DNA of 64,000 nt from Antedon mediterranea (taxonomy: Eukaryota > Animalia > Echinodermata). Numbering within the stretch: the stretch's first letter is position 1; each line of letters begins with the position of its first letter. The position numbers and the translations under genes are program-made. Location of the stretch: NCBI RefSeq assembly GCF_964355755.1, contig NC_092670.1, positions 29,004,388 through 29,068,387 on the forward strand. Direction: 5' to 3'. Below the pieces are notes generated by a model. The model worked only from the letters and a program-made list of their open reading frames with translations, was not told the origin of the DNA and ran no database searches. This document shows positions 12,314-23,782 of the stretch, piece after piece.

Positions 12314-13351
12314 TGGCCGTATTCACCAATCACACTTAAGTGAGATATTTCCCTTAAATCCTAAGGATTTCCCTTAAATCAAGAAAATATTAAGGGTTTC
12401 ACTTAAGTGGTATTCACAAAGGGTTTAAGGTTAAGGGAAACCCTTAACTTGGTCTATTTTCCCCTTAACTTGGTCTATTTTCCCCTTAACTTTTAAGGGA
12501 CCTCAGAGGTCCCTTAAAAGTTCCCTTAACTATTCAGTACCTTGGTTGTGCTGACGATTCTGTATGTGCGAGTACTATGCCTACTTGTAGATTGCCCCAG
12601 TCTAGGCTAGGTAGAGATGCTAGGCCCCCTGTTGGTCTGCCCACTAACCAGCCTAGGATTCATGTTTGGTTTGAGTAGCATCTAGACCTTTTTTTGCTGG
12701 ATCCCCACCCATACAAATTAGTCTATGCCTATATATTGATTTATTTGTTTTGTTTTGATTGCCATTATTTTTGTGGAAGATGGCTTCCCATTTCGTTGTA
12801 ATAGAAATTAGCCCCATTCTAGTAAGTAGTAGGCTAGGTAGAGATGCTAGGCCCCCTGTTGGTCTGCCCAGTAACCAGCCTAGGATGCATATGCCTCAAT
12901 ACAGACAGGTTTAGGCCTACACAAAATGTTGGTTTGTTAGTAGCATCTAGGCTAGACCTATTTTTCTTGATCCTCATACAAATTAGTCTAGGTTTAATAT
13001 TCATTTACTTGTTTGTGTTTTGACTGCCATCGTCCATACACTTTTCTCTTCATCCTCCCCGTCCCCCAACCCCTTACTCTTTTTTTAAATATGCAAATTA
13101 GTTTTAGAGAGGACAGTGATTGGACCATAGGGGAATTAAATCCTCTGTGATTGGACAATGGGAGAACTCATGAATATTTATGATTATTTTTACCCTTAAG
13201 TTTTACCCTTACATTAAGTGTTTTCCTTAGGTAAGTGAATCCCTTAACTCATTTGTGAATACCCCTTAAGTGTTTCCCTTTGTTAAGGGAATTCTTAAAT
13301 TTTAAGGGTAAGTATTTCCCTTAGCCTAGGTGAGATTGGTGAATACGGCCA
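12314..13351. mobile_element. PIF/Harbinger-like MITE
   Basis: TIR TGGCCGTATTCACCAATCWCAC; flanks CTG/CTC; many subterminal CCCTTAA motifs; internal duplication of about 200 bp (12600-12770 vs 12830-13030). Confidence 0.78.
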
Positions 13352-13392
13352 CTCAGGTATTCAATGGAAAATGTTACATTTTTTTTTTCTAG

Positions 13393-13558
13393 CCACATCT
13401 TCATAAAATAGTCAATCGTTCAATGGAGTTGGCGACAACAGCCAAAGAACCATACAATTACTTTCTACTATTGAGAGCCCTATTTAGATCAATAGGTGGT
13501 GGCAGTCATGATCAACTTTATCAGGAGTTTCTACCTCTACTACCAAACCTCTTACAAG
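13393..13558 (+). CDS. TRRAP: TRRAP exon w11
   Basis: tag|..|gtactg; [47 protein letters not shown]. Confidence 0.95.
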
Positions 13559-13841
13559 GTACTGTAATCATTAAATATATATTATACAAAAATAAATGTT
13601 TATGTGTTGAATGGGGATAATTATTTCATAAAATCAAAGATTTCCTTTTGTACTCAAGTTGAAAACCCGAAGTAGAACAGTCAATCTTTCATCTCTGTCA
13701 AATATTAGTCTTGCTGTCAACGATTGAAATATTTTTCCCATTAAATACAATGAAAATACAAATTACAAAACATTAATTATTATACAAATAATGGATGTTT
13801 ACAAATATGTTAGAAATAGGTGAAGATTGAAGAAGGACTAA

Positions 13842-14119
13842 TGTTCAGAAGGTGAATACATCAGTGTGCAATAGAGCATACTGTATTGTTCTTTGTTACA
13901 CCTTTATGCAAATTAGCTATATATAAACATTGCACATGATGTTGTGCGTGGCAGTCGACAATTGAGCTTCGTGCTGGGTGTAGCCAATACAACAAATAAA
14001 TGGAAGCTTCGGCGACGCCAAACAATTATTGTGGTGATGCGTTTATTTTATGTGTTTGTCGACCAGTCAATTCAGTTTATTATAGTTGGGGCCTATGTTT
14101 GTTTTGAGACTTCGAAACA
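13842..14119 (+). repeat. 5' LTR of the BEL/Pao element
   Basis: TGTTCAG...GAAACA; contains TATATATAAA and AATAAA; direct repeat of 18028-18305. Confidence 0.95.
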
Positions 14120-14123
14120 AAAA

Positions 14124-14141
14124 TGGTAGCAGAGCGAGGTT
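14124..14141 (+). promoter_or_regulatory. Primer binding site, initiator tRNA-Met type
   Basis: TGGTAGCAGAGCGAGGTT, 4 nt after the 5' LTR; complementary to the 3' end of animal tRNAiMet (..CUCUGCUACCA). Confidence 0.8.
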
Positions 14142-14209
14142 AATAAAACAAAACAAGTGGAATATTGGAATTTGTGTTATACACGAAGACTGTTTGAAAA
14201 CGCATTGTA

Positions 14210-17200
14210 ATGGAGGAAAGGAAGGCTGCAGTAAAGCTTAGTCGCAGAAACAAAAAAGGTCATTTGACGAGAACATTAAATATCATTAAGGTGCTGTCGC
14301 AAGAAGATGACAATCTAGACATTGAAGAAATAACAAAGCTGCTCAAGAAATCCGAGACACAGGTGGCAGAACTGGAGGACATTCATGAAGCATTTGTAGC
14401 ATTAATAGAAAGTGACGAAGAATTTGCGGACGCCGAAAAATGGATGGAGGATTGTCAGGTGGAGCTGTTGCAAGTAGTGAAGAGTGCCCGACGGAAGTTG
14501 GAACTGACGAAGAATGAAAATGCCGAAACCGTGGACAAGAAACCAGACCGCTCAGATGTTAAGGGTAATATGGACACTAAAAGTAACTTTGACAAATCTA
14601 GTATTAATGCTATTAGTGAACTTAAATTGTTTGAATTGCCTAAATCTACAATACCAGAGTTTGGGGGTGATTCTGGAGAGTATTGGTATTTCATTTCTAA
14701 TTTTGAAACTAATATAGCATCCAAACTCAGTGATAATGCAACTAAGTTACAGTATCTCGTACAGTTTTGCACTGGCGAAGCTAGGGTATCTATTGAAGCT
14801 TGTACATTGTTGGGGGACAAGGGGTATGATCAGGCCTTAGAGATATTAAAAACTCAATTTGGTCAATCGCATTTGGTATTAAATTCCCTTATGAATAAAC
14901 TTACGGGAAGGAAACAAATACGTGTAGGCGACACGGATAGTTTGTGGCGTTTAGTCGGGGATATGAAACAATGCGAGTTGACGTTAAATCAGATTGGGTA
15001 TACATGTGATCTTAACAGTACCTCTAATATTTCAAAGGTCCAATCATTACTTCCCAAACCATTGCAAATTAAATGGGTGAATAAGGCGCATGAGATATTA
15101 GAAAAGAACGAGCCAACGTTTAACGATCTCCTTAAATTTGTAGAACAGCAGACAAAAATAGCAAGCACTATGTTTGGTAGACATCTTGAATATGAAAATG
15201 CTAGGGGTGTCCAAGGCGGTAGGCACAAAACGTATCATTGTAATGCCCCGGAGGCACAACCTAAGTCTAACGTTAGTATGAAACTGTTAAAAGCTGTGCT
15301 TGCTGTAATGAGGCACATAGGTTATGGAAGTGTCAGAAATTTAAGGGTCTCCTAGTTAAGGAACGTTGGGAACTGGCAAAAAGGTGTAGGTTATGTTTTA
15401 AATGCCTGGGAAATCATATGACAAAAGATTGTAATAAACAAATGGTATGCAATATAGAAGGTTATAGAAGTGACCATAATAGGTTGTTACACAAAACTAA
15501 AAGTATGTATACCGTATCTGAAAGCAACGATAGCGATAAACCCAGGGAAGGTGGGTCAAGTAACAGTGATAGGGATAAACCCAGGGAAGGTTGGTCAAGT
15601 AGCAGTGATAGGGATAAACCCAGGGAAGGTGGGTCAAGTAGCAGTGATAGGGATAAACCCAGGGAAGGTGGGTCAAGTAGCAGTGATAGCGATAAACCCA
15701 GGGAAGGTGGGTCAAGTAGCAGTGACAGGGATAAACCCAGGGAAGGTGGGTCAAGTAGCAGTGATAGGGATAAACCCAGGGAAGGTGGGTCAAGTAGCAG
15801 TGATAGGGATAAACCCAGGGAAGGTGGGTCAAGTAGCAGTGATAGGGATAAACCCAGGGAAGGTGGGTCAAGTAGCAGTGATAGGGATAAACCCAGGGAA
15901 GGCTGGTCAAGTAGTGATAGGGATAACTCAAATAAAGGGGGATCTTTTTTTGGTAAAGCTAGGGTAGATGAGAGTGCTAGTAGCACAGATAGTCCAAAAG
16001 GTAGATCAAAATTAGAGGATAATTATATGATTCAAGACAACAATGTGTCTCTTAGAATGCCAGTAGTGGCAACAAATGGTAAAAAACAGTTACAGATAAA
16101 TGTTTTATTAGATTATGGGAGTTCCCAAACATACAAAAAATAGTGAAGTATGTAATGAACTGGGACTAAGTGGCCCTATTGAAGAGGTAACGGTGGGAAC
16201 CTTAAATGGGAAAACGACAACGTTTAGTACACAAAATGTTAAATTTGAAATATCGCCAATAAATAATAAAAGTATTAAATATAAACTTAATGCATTGATG
16301 ACTGATAATGTGACTGGTAATTTAAAGCCAAAACCCTGGAATAGAATTGGAAAGGATTGGGAACAATTAAAAGATATTGAATTTCCAGAAGTTGACAGAA
16401 ATAGAAATCATGTTGATATGTTGATAGGGACTGATAACGTAGACTTTCATAGAGTATTAGAAGAAAGATGGGGAAGACCGGGGGAGCCCATTGCTAGACT
16501 TACACCATTAGGTTGGACATGCGTAGGGTTAACAACTAAAGCACATAGGCACAATAAGAACACATCGTTTCATGTTCATACATATCATTCTTTTCATGGT
16601 TGAATGAGAACACCAATAGTATATTAAGAAAATTTTGGGAAATGGAAATAGTTGGAATCCAAAATGTGCCCTTGTACACTAAAGAAGAGCATAGGGTTAA
16701 TAATATCGTGAACGAGTCTATGACCAAAAACATTGAAAATACTAGGTATAAAGTTAGAATTCTCTGGAACGAGAATAAATGTCAATTGCCTTTAAATAAT
16801 TTTAGGTCTGCAAAACAGAGACTCGAAAATGTAGAGAAGAAACTTTTAAATAACCATGAGCTAGGGCAGGCATACAAGAAAGTTATTGACGCACATCTAG
16901 ACAAAGGATATATAAGGAAAGTAGACTATAATGAGTAAACGCCTACACAACAATGGTTCTTACCACATTTTCCTGTCGTAAAAATGGACAGGAAAACTAC
17001 CAAAGTTCGTATAGTATACGATGCTGCAGCTAAATTCAAGGGTTTTAGTTTAAATGACGCAATAAGCCCTGGGCCAAAGATTCTAAAAAAATTATTTGAC
17101 GTTTTGATGCGGTTTAGAGGCGCACATGAAAGCTTAATTAAATCCGCAAAAAAAGCAATGTATGCAATATTAAGCAAGGCTGATATTTCGGATGAGGAGT

Positions 17201-17673
17201 TAATTACCGCTATCGTTGGCGCAGAAGGTATACTTAATTCTAGACCTCTGACGTACCAAACAGTCTCAGTAAACGACGCTGTTTCTTTGACGCCAAATCA
17301 CTTCTTACATGGTCAAATGGGTGGGAGATTTGCTTGTGAAGAGGTAATAGACAATAGTAAATTTAATCTTAGAAAGCGATGGCGTAGAGTACAAGAACTT
17401 ATGAAACATTTTTGGAATAGATGGGTAAAAGAATGGCTACCTACATTGAATCAAAGGAAAAAATGGAAATACTGTAAACCTGACCTTAAAGTTAATGATA
17501 TTGTTATTGTAAAAGATCGATTTAATGTAAGAGGACAATGGCCGTTAGGTAGAGTGCTTGAAGTTTTTCCCGGATCGGACAAACATGTTCGGGTTGTTAA
17601 GATTAAAACTGAAAATGGTACATTCTTAAGAATTATTACAAAGATTTGTCATTTAGAAATGCTACCAAGTTAA
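14210..17673 (+). pseudogene. BEL/Pao gag-pro-(RT/IN) polyprotein, frameshifted
   Basis: Gag (IPEFGGD..KLQYL, DUF1759-like) 14210-15355; CACCNEAH/CFKCLGNH knuckles; LLDYGS protease; LTPLGW; TTKVRIVYDAA RT start; LNSRPLT/LTPNHFL/WPLGRV integrase tail; several frameshifts and a stop at 16936. Confidence 0.9.
15530..15925 (+). repeat. 39-bp tandem repeat (about 10 copies) inside the BEL polyprotein
   Basis: Unit AGTGATAGGGATAAACCCAGGGAAGGTGGGTCAAGTAGC, encoding SDRDKPREGGSSS. Confidence 0.95.
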
Positions 17674-18027
17674 TTAAGCTTGTTATATCGGAGTATGTTA
17701 TCAGAATAGTATGTTGTATGTTATGTTTAAATGTTAAAGCGCAATTCCATAGAAATTAAAATAATTAAATGTTAAATTAAATTGAAATAATTAAATAAAT
17801 TGTACATAAAATGAATTGGAAATGTTATTGTAGATTGTTAATAAGAAATAAAAATTATTGTAAAAAGAAAAAAAAAGTGACTGAAACAACAATGACGATG
17901 GATTGTATTGTGGTGTTATTTAAGTATGTAGTATTGTATTAAGTAATTGAAGTAGTAATTGTATTAAGTTATTAAGGATAAAATGAAAAATAATATGAAA
18001 AAGATTGAGAATGAATGAAGGGGAGAA

Positions 18028-18305
18028 TGTTCAGAAGGTGAATACATCAGTGTGCAATAGAGCATACTGTATTGTTCTTTGTTACACCTTTATGCAAATT
18101 AGCTATATATAAACATTGCACATGTTGTTGTGCGTGGCAGTCGACAATTGAGCTTCGTGCTGGGTGTAGCCAATACAACAAATAAATGGAAGCTTCGGCG
18201 ACACCAAACAATTATTGTGGTGATGCGTTTATTTTATGTGTTTGTTGACCAGTCAATTCAGGTTATTATAGTTGGGGCCTACGTTTGTTTTGAGACTTCG
18301 AAACA
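18028..18305 (+). repeat. 3' LTR of the BEL/Pao element
   Basis: Direct repeat of 13842-14119, preceded by polypurine tract GAAGGGGAGAA. Confidence 0.95.
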
Positions 18306-18345
18306 ACTATTCTATGTAACAAGGTTTTGGTTTTTCTTTTTTTAG

Positions 18346-18512
18346 GTTTGAACCAGCTGCAAAGTGGTTTACACAAACAACACATGAAGGACCTGTTTGT
18401 AGAGCTTTGTTTAACCGTGCCGGTTCGATTGAGTTCCTTATTGCCGTACCTTCCCATGTTAATGGATCCTTTAGTGTCAGCATTGAATGGGTCGCAGACA
18501 CTTGTAAGCCAG
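18346..18512 (+). CDS. TRRAP: TRRAP exon w12
   Basis: tag|..|gtaaga; LNQLQSGLHKQHMKDLFVELCLTVPVRLSSLLPYLPMLMDPLVSALNGSQTLVSQ. Confidence 0.95.
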
Positions 18513-19126
18513 GTAAGAGATGTGTAACTTGATTTAAATCACACTATAAAACTGTTGTCGGACATAACCAGTTTCTAAAATTAAAAAGTACCGTAAATGT
18601 TTAGAAGAGTGCTGGCAGTTATAAAGATATTTGAATAAGCATCACAATGCATTATGTGGCAATTCATTTTTGAAAACTAAATTCAATTAAGCTTTATTGC
18701 AATCAACTAAAATATATGTGATTAAAGTTACAAAAGACGAGATTTTAAATATCAAAGCAAATTCAAATTTACAACAAGAAACATACAATAAAAAAAAAAT
18801 TACGGCATAAATTATTTAAAAGAGTAGGCCTATATAGAAAAAAATTAGATATATTTAATACAATTTTATTTAAAAAAAAGTAAGCATTAAATTATGATTA
18901 CACAACCTGTCTGCTGGAAGAAGGCTCAAATAATGCCATTGTTATCATTTTCACTGTTTCTTTGGATCTAAACACTATAATCAGTTTAAAAAACATTTAA
19001 AGGCACTATATTTCAAACAATGTTATGATACCGATTGATGTGAAGAGTCGCTGATTATAATTAAATGTTGTATAAATGTGCGCTATACAAGTAATAATAA
19101 TAATAATAATAATAATCTGTTTTCAG

Positions 19127-19216
19127 GGTTTACGTACATTAGAGCTATGTGTTGACAATCTTCAACCAGACTTTTTATATGAACACATTCAACCAGTTAG
19201 AGCGGAGTTAATGCAA
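19127..19216 (+). CDS. TRRAP: TRRAP exon w13
   Basis: cag|..|gtaagt; GLRTLELCVDNLQPDFLYEHIQPVRAELMQ. Confidence 0.95.
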
Positions 19217-19420
19217 GTAAGTGCTACTAAAAAAACTCAGTTTTTAGTTTCTTTTATAAACCTTGATTGTAGGACGCAACAGAAACTGCAGTAGCATCCA
19301 TAGAACATTTCGCATGTAATTTCCCAGCGTTTATAACATTTACTCGAGATGATGTATTGATAATTTGCATTTCCATAAGTGCTGAATAATAAATGATGAA
19401 TACACTACTTACTATTGCAG

Positions 19421-19531
19421 GCCATTTGGCGAACACTTAGGAATCGCACAGACAGTATAGCACAGGTTGCATTCAGGGTGCTTGGTAAATTTGGAGGTGG
19501 CAACCGCAAGATGCTCAAAGAACCACAGAAG
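19421..19531 (+). CDS. TRRAP: TRRAP exon w14
   Basis: cag|..|gtttgt; AIWRTLRN..RVLGKFGGGNRKMLKEPQK. Confidence 0.93.
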
Positions 19532-19640
19532 GTTTGTATGTTTAAATTGTTTTTTAATGTGTCCCCACAAAATATTACCATGTAAACATGATGGCTGAAA
19601 ATTCTTTCTCGTTAATTTTTTTGATTATTTATTTTTTCAG

Positions 19641-19730
19641 CTGAATTATAGGAGTGAAGATTCAGATGGACCTTGTATTAGTATTTATTTTCAAGATCAT
19701 AAGATTCCTATATATTTAAAAGTTTCAAAG
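19641..19730 (+). CDS. TRRAP: TRRAP exon w15
   Basis: cag|..|gtaaaa; LNYRSEDSDGPCISIYFQDHKIPIYLKVSK. Confidence 0.85.
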
Positions 19731-20189
19731 GTAAAATTTCAAATTATCCACGTAAACTACTATCAAAGTTGGATATTTTTAACAAAAGAAGAACACAATT
19801 TAGTTTGAGGTATTGAATGTAAACCTCTATGACGTACAGTATCACTTAGTCAGACTAGGCTATCGACCCAGACTTTATTTAAGTAAAGTCATACTTAAGA
19901 GGACTAAGTATGTATGCCTACATTAAGTATCTTGTCTTGTATCATTTTGTAATGTGGAATCTCAGTAACTAATATTTTCTAGACCAGTCTCCAAAATGTC
20001 CAGTGGTCTGATGGTGTATAGTAGTGTAAACATTGATTTCTTATTTTGACAGCTCAATACTAGTTACAATATTATTTCCTACCATAGGTTCCACATCAGG
20101 AAATCCAAGCATCAATAATATTCAATGCCAGAGCACGTTTTAAGACTATATTCAGATAATAATACTAATATTTATCCCTTCTTTTCTAG

Positions 20190-20341
20190 ATAATTGAGGC
20201 TGCCCTAGATGCCTTAAAGTCACCAACCACCGACGCCTTCTATCGTAAACAAGCCTGGGAAGTTGTACGCCATTTTCTCGTCTCAATGATTATGTTAGAT
20301 GATAATAGGCAGATAGTTCAACAGCTTTTGTCTCATACTGC
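20190..20341 (+). CDS. TRRAP: TRRAP exon w16
   Basis: tag|..|gtaagt; IIEAALDALKSPTTDAFYRKQAWEVV. Confidence 0.92.
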
Positions 20342-20455
20342 GTAAGTAACTATATTTTAATTTAAGCTGTTATTAATAATTATATTCTACACAGTAATTT
20401 CCATAGCAAAAACCCATATTTTTTAAAGAGAATATTAAAATACACCAGCATTTAA

Positions 20456-21433
20456 AATGGACCTGAAATGGATTTTCGATTTTCAAGAAATTCACACATG
20501 TTATTTAGATGTATCAATTTAAGACAATCAAATACAAACAAAATGTATAGTATTTTGAGAAAAAAATGAAATTTTAAGATAACCTGGTAAATTACCAAAA
20601 AATACTGCTGCCATTACAATATTCTATTTCAACGGCCATTGGGACCATCTATTTAATGACGATGTCAAATACACAGAGGAGACGGGAGCATTGCATGCAG
20701 CAGGCCGCACGATAGTCAGTGAATGATTGATGGTAGGTAGAGGTACGTGAAGTGTTGAAACTAATACCATTCATTCAATATCAAATGCTATTGAAATATA
20801 GTGCCCTAAAATGGACTTTTGTTTGTTCTAAATCCCAAATGTAGAAGGCCTAGGCCTACCTCTCAAACTAACCTTTACTAGGCTTAGAGGCTAGGCCCCA
20901 GAGTCAATTCGGCCGGCGATCCACCATCTATGCGAGACTCTGTGTCATGTAGCCAAAGCTATATCAACTTGCTGCTCATTGTATAGTCAAAGTAAAATAT
21001 GAATCAAATTCGTTTTCGAACTACCTAATTCATGACAAATAAATTATCATCTTATATTACTATCTAATTCTGCTATACTAAAAACTAAGGAAAGAGGAAT
21101 AAATTACGAACAATACACAAAATACACACGAACGCACATGGCTCTGTACGTTGCCAGGCTAATGATTTGGAGTGTTTAAATTTTCATTTAATACTCAATG
21201 AATAACCATTTATATGGTAATAATTTTATCTAAAAATAATTCTAAATACGTTTTTCCAAAACACAAGCATTTTTTTATAGATTTCAAAAGGTATAGCCAA
21301 AAAACTGTAAATTGTCTATTGGTTTGTAACCCGAAGAATTTTTTGGGATTTTCAAATTTATATTTTGTAACAATACACCTTCCAGTAACACTTAATAGTA
21401 AAAAAATAATCAAAAATCCATTTCAGGTACATT
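20456..21433. mobile_element. TTAA-target non-autonomous DNA transposon (Kolobok-like)
   Basis: TTAA|AATGGACCTGAAATGGATTTT ... AAAATCCATTTCAGGTACATT|TTAA; RR..YY termini. Confidence 0.75.
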
Positions 21434-21668
21434 TTAAGGAGTTCACATTGTATTCTAAATATTATTTTTATTTCCAAAAGGAAATAAAGAGAATGTCATG
21501 TGAGAATGCTTGTTGTGCTAAAACTGTTTCTGCAGTAATGAAACGTCAAGACATTCTCAAATTTACTTAATTTCATTTGGGAAACACAACATGAATTTAC
21601 TAGAGTATGTTCATCATGAAAATTTTGAAAGAATAATATTTGATGTAAACAATTTAATTGCTTTGCAG

Positions 21669-21769
21669 CTTCACACGAGGGGAGATACCACGTGCAAGTC
21701 AACCAATGTATAAATGTTCTGATGTCCTGTCAAGAAAGGCATGTGAACAGGCCTTAACTGCTATGATAG
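21669..21769 (+). CDS. TRRAP: TRRAP exon w17
   Basis: cag|..|gtacag; FTRGEIPRASQPMYKCSDVLSRKACEQALTAMI; phases fit w16 and w18. Confidence 0.85.
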
Positions 21770-22220
21770 GTACAGTAGAATACATTGTATAGTTTGTCTA
21801 AAGGCATGTGAACAGGCCTTAACTGCTATGATAGGTACAGTAGAATACATTGTATAGTTTGTCTAAAGGCATGTGAAAAGGCCTTATTTAACTGCTATGG
21901 TAGGTACAGTAAAATACATTGTATAGTTTGTCTAAAGGCATGTGAACAGGCCTTAACTGCTATGATAGGTACAGTAGAATACATTGTATAGTTTGTCTAA
22001 AGGCATGTGAACAGGCCTTATTTAACTTCTATGGTAGGTACAGTAAAATACATTGTGTAGTTTGTCTAAAGGCATGTGAACAGGCCTTAACTGCTATGAT
22101 AGGTACAGTAAAATACATTGTATAGTTTGTCTAAAGGCATGTGAACATTACATGACATTATTGTACAGTTTATAAAAAAGCATGTGAGCAGACCTTAACT
22201 GTTATGATAGGTACAGTAGT
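21735..22220 (+). repeat. 65/69-bp minisatellite containing the end of exon w17 and its splice donor
   Basis: Unit AAAGGCATGTGAACAGGCCTTAACTGCTATGATAG|GTACAGTAGAATACATTGTATAGTTTGTCT; 6 full copies plus 2 degenerate. Confidence 0.95.
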
Positions 22221-23164
22221 TTATAAGAGGCTATGATATGTACAGTAGTATACAAATAATGAATGTTTATGAATGTAATAGTACAAAAATGGCAAGAGGT
22301 GAATGATGAAAGGTTATATATCAACGAGGCAACAGCCGAGTTGATATATAAAGTTAACTTAACTTTAATACATAAACTACTACTAGGCCTAGCTAGGCTG
22401 AAAGACAGCAATACGAAACTTCGCCAGGCAACTGGAACTCATCTAGGCTAATTATGTTTTTTCCAACGATTTCGCGTCTTGTAGAGATGTTCCCATTAAT
22501 TAATCAAAATCCTAAAAATAATCTAAAGTTAATTTAAATGCCTTTTTGATCTATTGTGATTTTTTTTTAATTATTTTGAACTATTATAGTTACAGTTTAT
22601 TTGGTATTCAGATTTGAGGTAGAAGATATTCTCAAGTTGTGTTATTAATATTTAATAAATAGAAGCATAGTAAGAATTAGGTTTAGTCTGAAATGTACAA
22701 AGTAAGATGTGGAAAAATTCTTGAAGAAAACTTATTCAGTCTTGACAAAACCTTATATAAATAGGTCATGTGCCCAAAAGGAATCTTGATGTAGATAGAT
22801 ATTGAAAACAATTAAACATCACCATTTGTTATCCACTTGTAAAGCGGAAAATACTGTAGTATGATTATGTGCAAAGGATTTTTTGGCTTTAATACACAGT
22901 ATTACTATCTCCATGCCAAACCCTAATTTTGAAACAGTTTGAGTTTATAATACAGTATTTCATATTCATAAAAGACAAGGGATAACCTTCTTATGAAGAT
23001 AGTGACGTTCTAACTGATAAAAAGGTTGTTTATCTTGCATTCTCAACTACGCAATATGCACTTGACTGTGTGTTTGTACACATTGTATCTACTTTTTGTC
23101 TCTTACACAAAGACCTGGTCCATATATTGGATATATCATTTACTTCTTTTGCTTTTAATTCTAG

Positions 23165-23436
23165 TTGCTTCAACAATCAAAGATCTTCGCACCAGTGCAT
23201 TACCATTTATGGTCAACCTTGTTTGCCACTTTACATTTGTGGCTACCACGCAGCAGGCTGGACCACTACCTATATCAAATCGGTACAAGGTACAAAAAGG
23301 ACTGGATCCTCATGTCATAATTGATGCAATTGCAACTTGCATGGCACACACAGAGAAAGAGCTCTGTAAAACGAGTCAAGTTGCGTTGACCTTTATGATT
23401 GATATTGCAACCACTGTGCTTGGATCTAAACAAAGG
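23165..23436 (+). CDS. TRRAP: TRRAP exon w18
   Basis: tag|..|gtaatt; ASTIKDLRTSALPFM..GLDPHVIIDAIATCMAHTEKELCK..LGSKQR. Confidence 0.92.
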
Positions 23437-23782
23437 GTAATTTGTATTTTTTATTTTTATAAAAGTCACCTTACCTTATTTTTTTGTATAATATTTTTTC
23501 AAAATTTAATAAATTTATAATTATTATGACAGACTCTAACAGACTATCTTACCCCTTGATTATACATTTAGCGGACTATCCCTGGTACCATACAAAATAT
23601 TGCATTTTTTGTTTGTTCATATCTGTTTTTTCTTTATGTATGGTATCGAAATAAGTCATCAAATCAAAATACACATATCTGCTTTTGTTTGTTTTAGAAG
23701 TTAATTGGTTTTTTTACTATTTGTTTTGTTGTTTAAATGTCATGAGCATCCTTTTCAATGAATAGCGGATAACAATAATATT

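Larger units (their letters stand above)
13842..18305 (+). mobile_element. BEL/Pao LTR retrotransposon, internally deleted and disabled
   Basis: Two 278-bp TG..CA LTRs (5 substitutions), TSD ACTAA/ACTAT, PBS, polypurine tract 18007-18027, gag, Cys-His knuckles, protease, RT start and integrase C-terminus. Confidence 0.95.

Noticed and set aside
13944-14129. Duplicated small ORF MRGSRQLSF.. (also 18130-18345)
   Set aside because: Lies inside the two LTRs, starts at GTG and resembles no protein I recognise.
15462-15986. Overlapping repeat ORFs in alternative frames (LDPPSLGLSLSLL, VAVIGINPGKVGQ, YHCYLTHLPWVYP)
   Set aside because: By-products of a stop-poor 39-bp unit whose length is divisible by 3; only the frame continuous with the knuckles and protease is meaningful.
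21735-22220. CRISPR-like appearance of regular repeats (also 15530-15925 and 41056-41188)
   Set aside because: Contiguous tandem units without unique spacers, in eukaryotic introns, with no cas genes.
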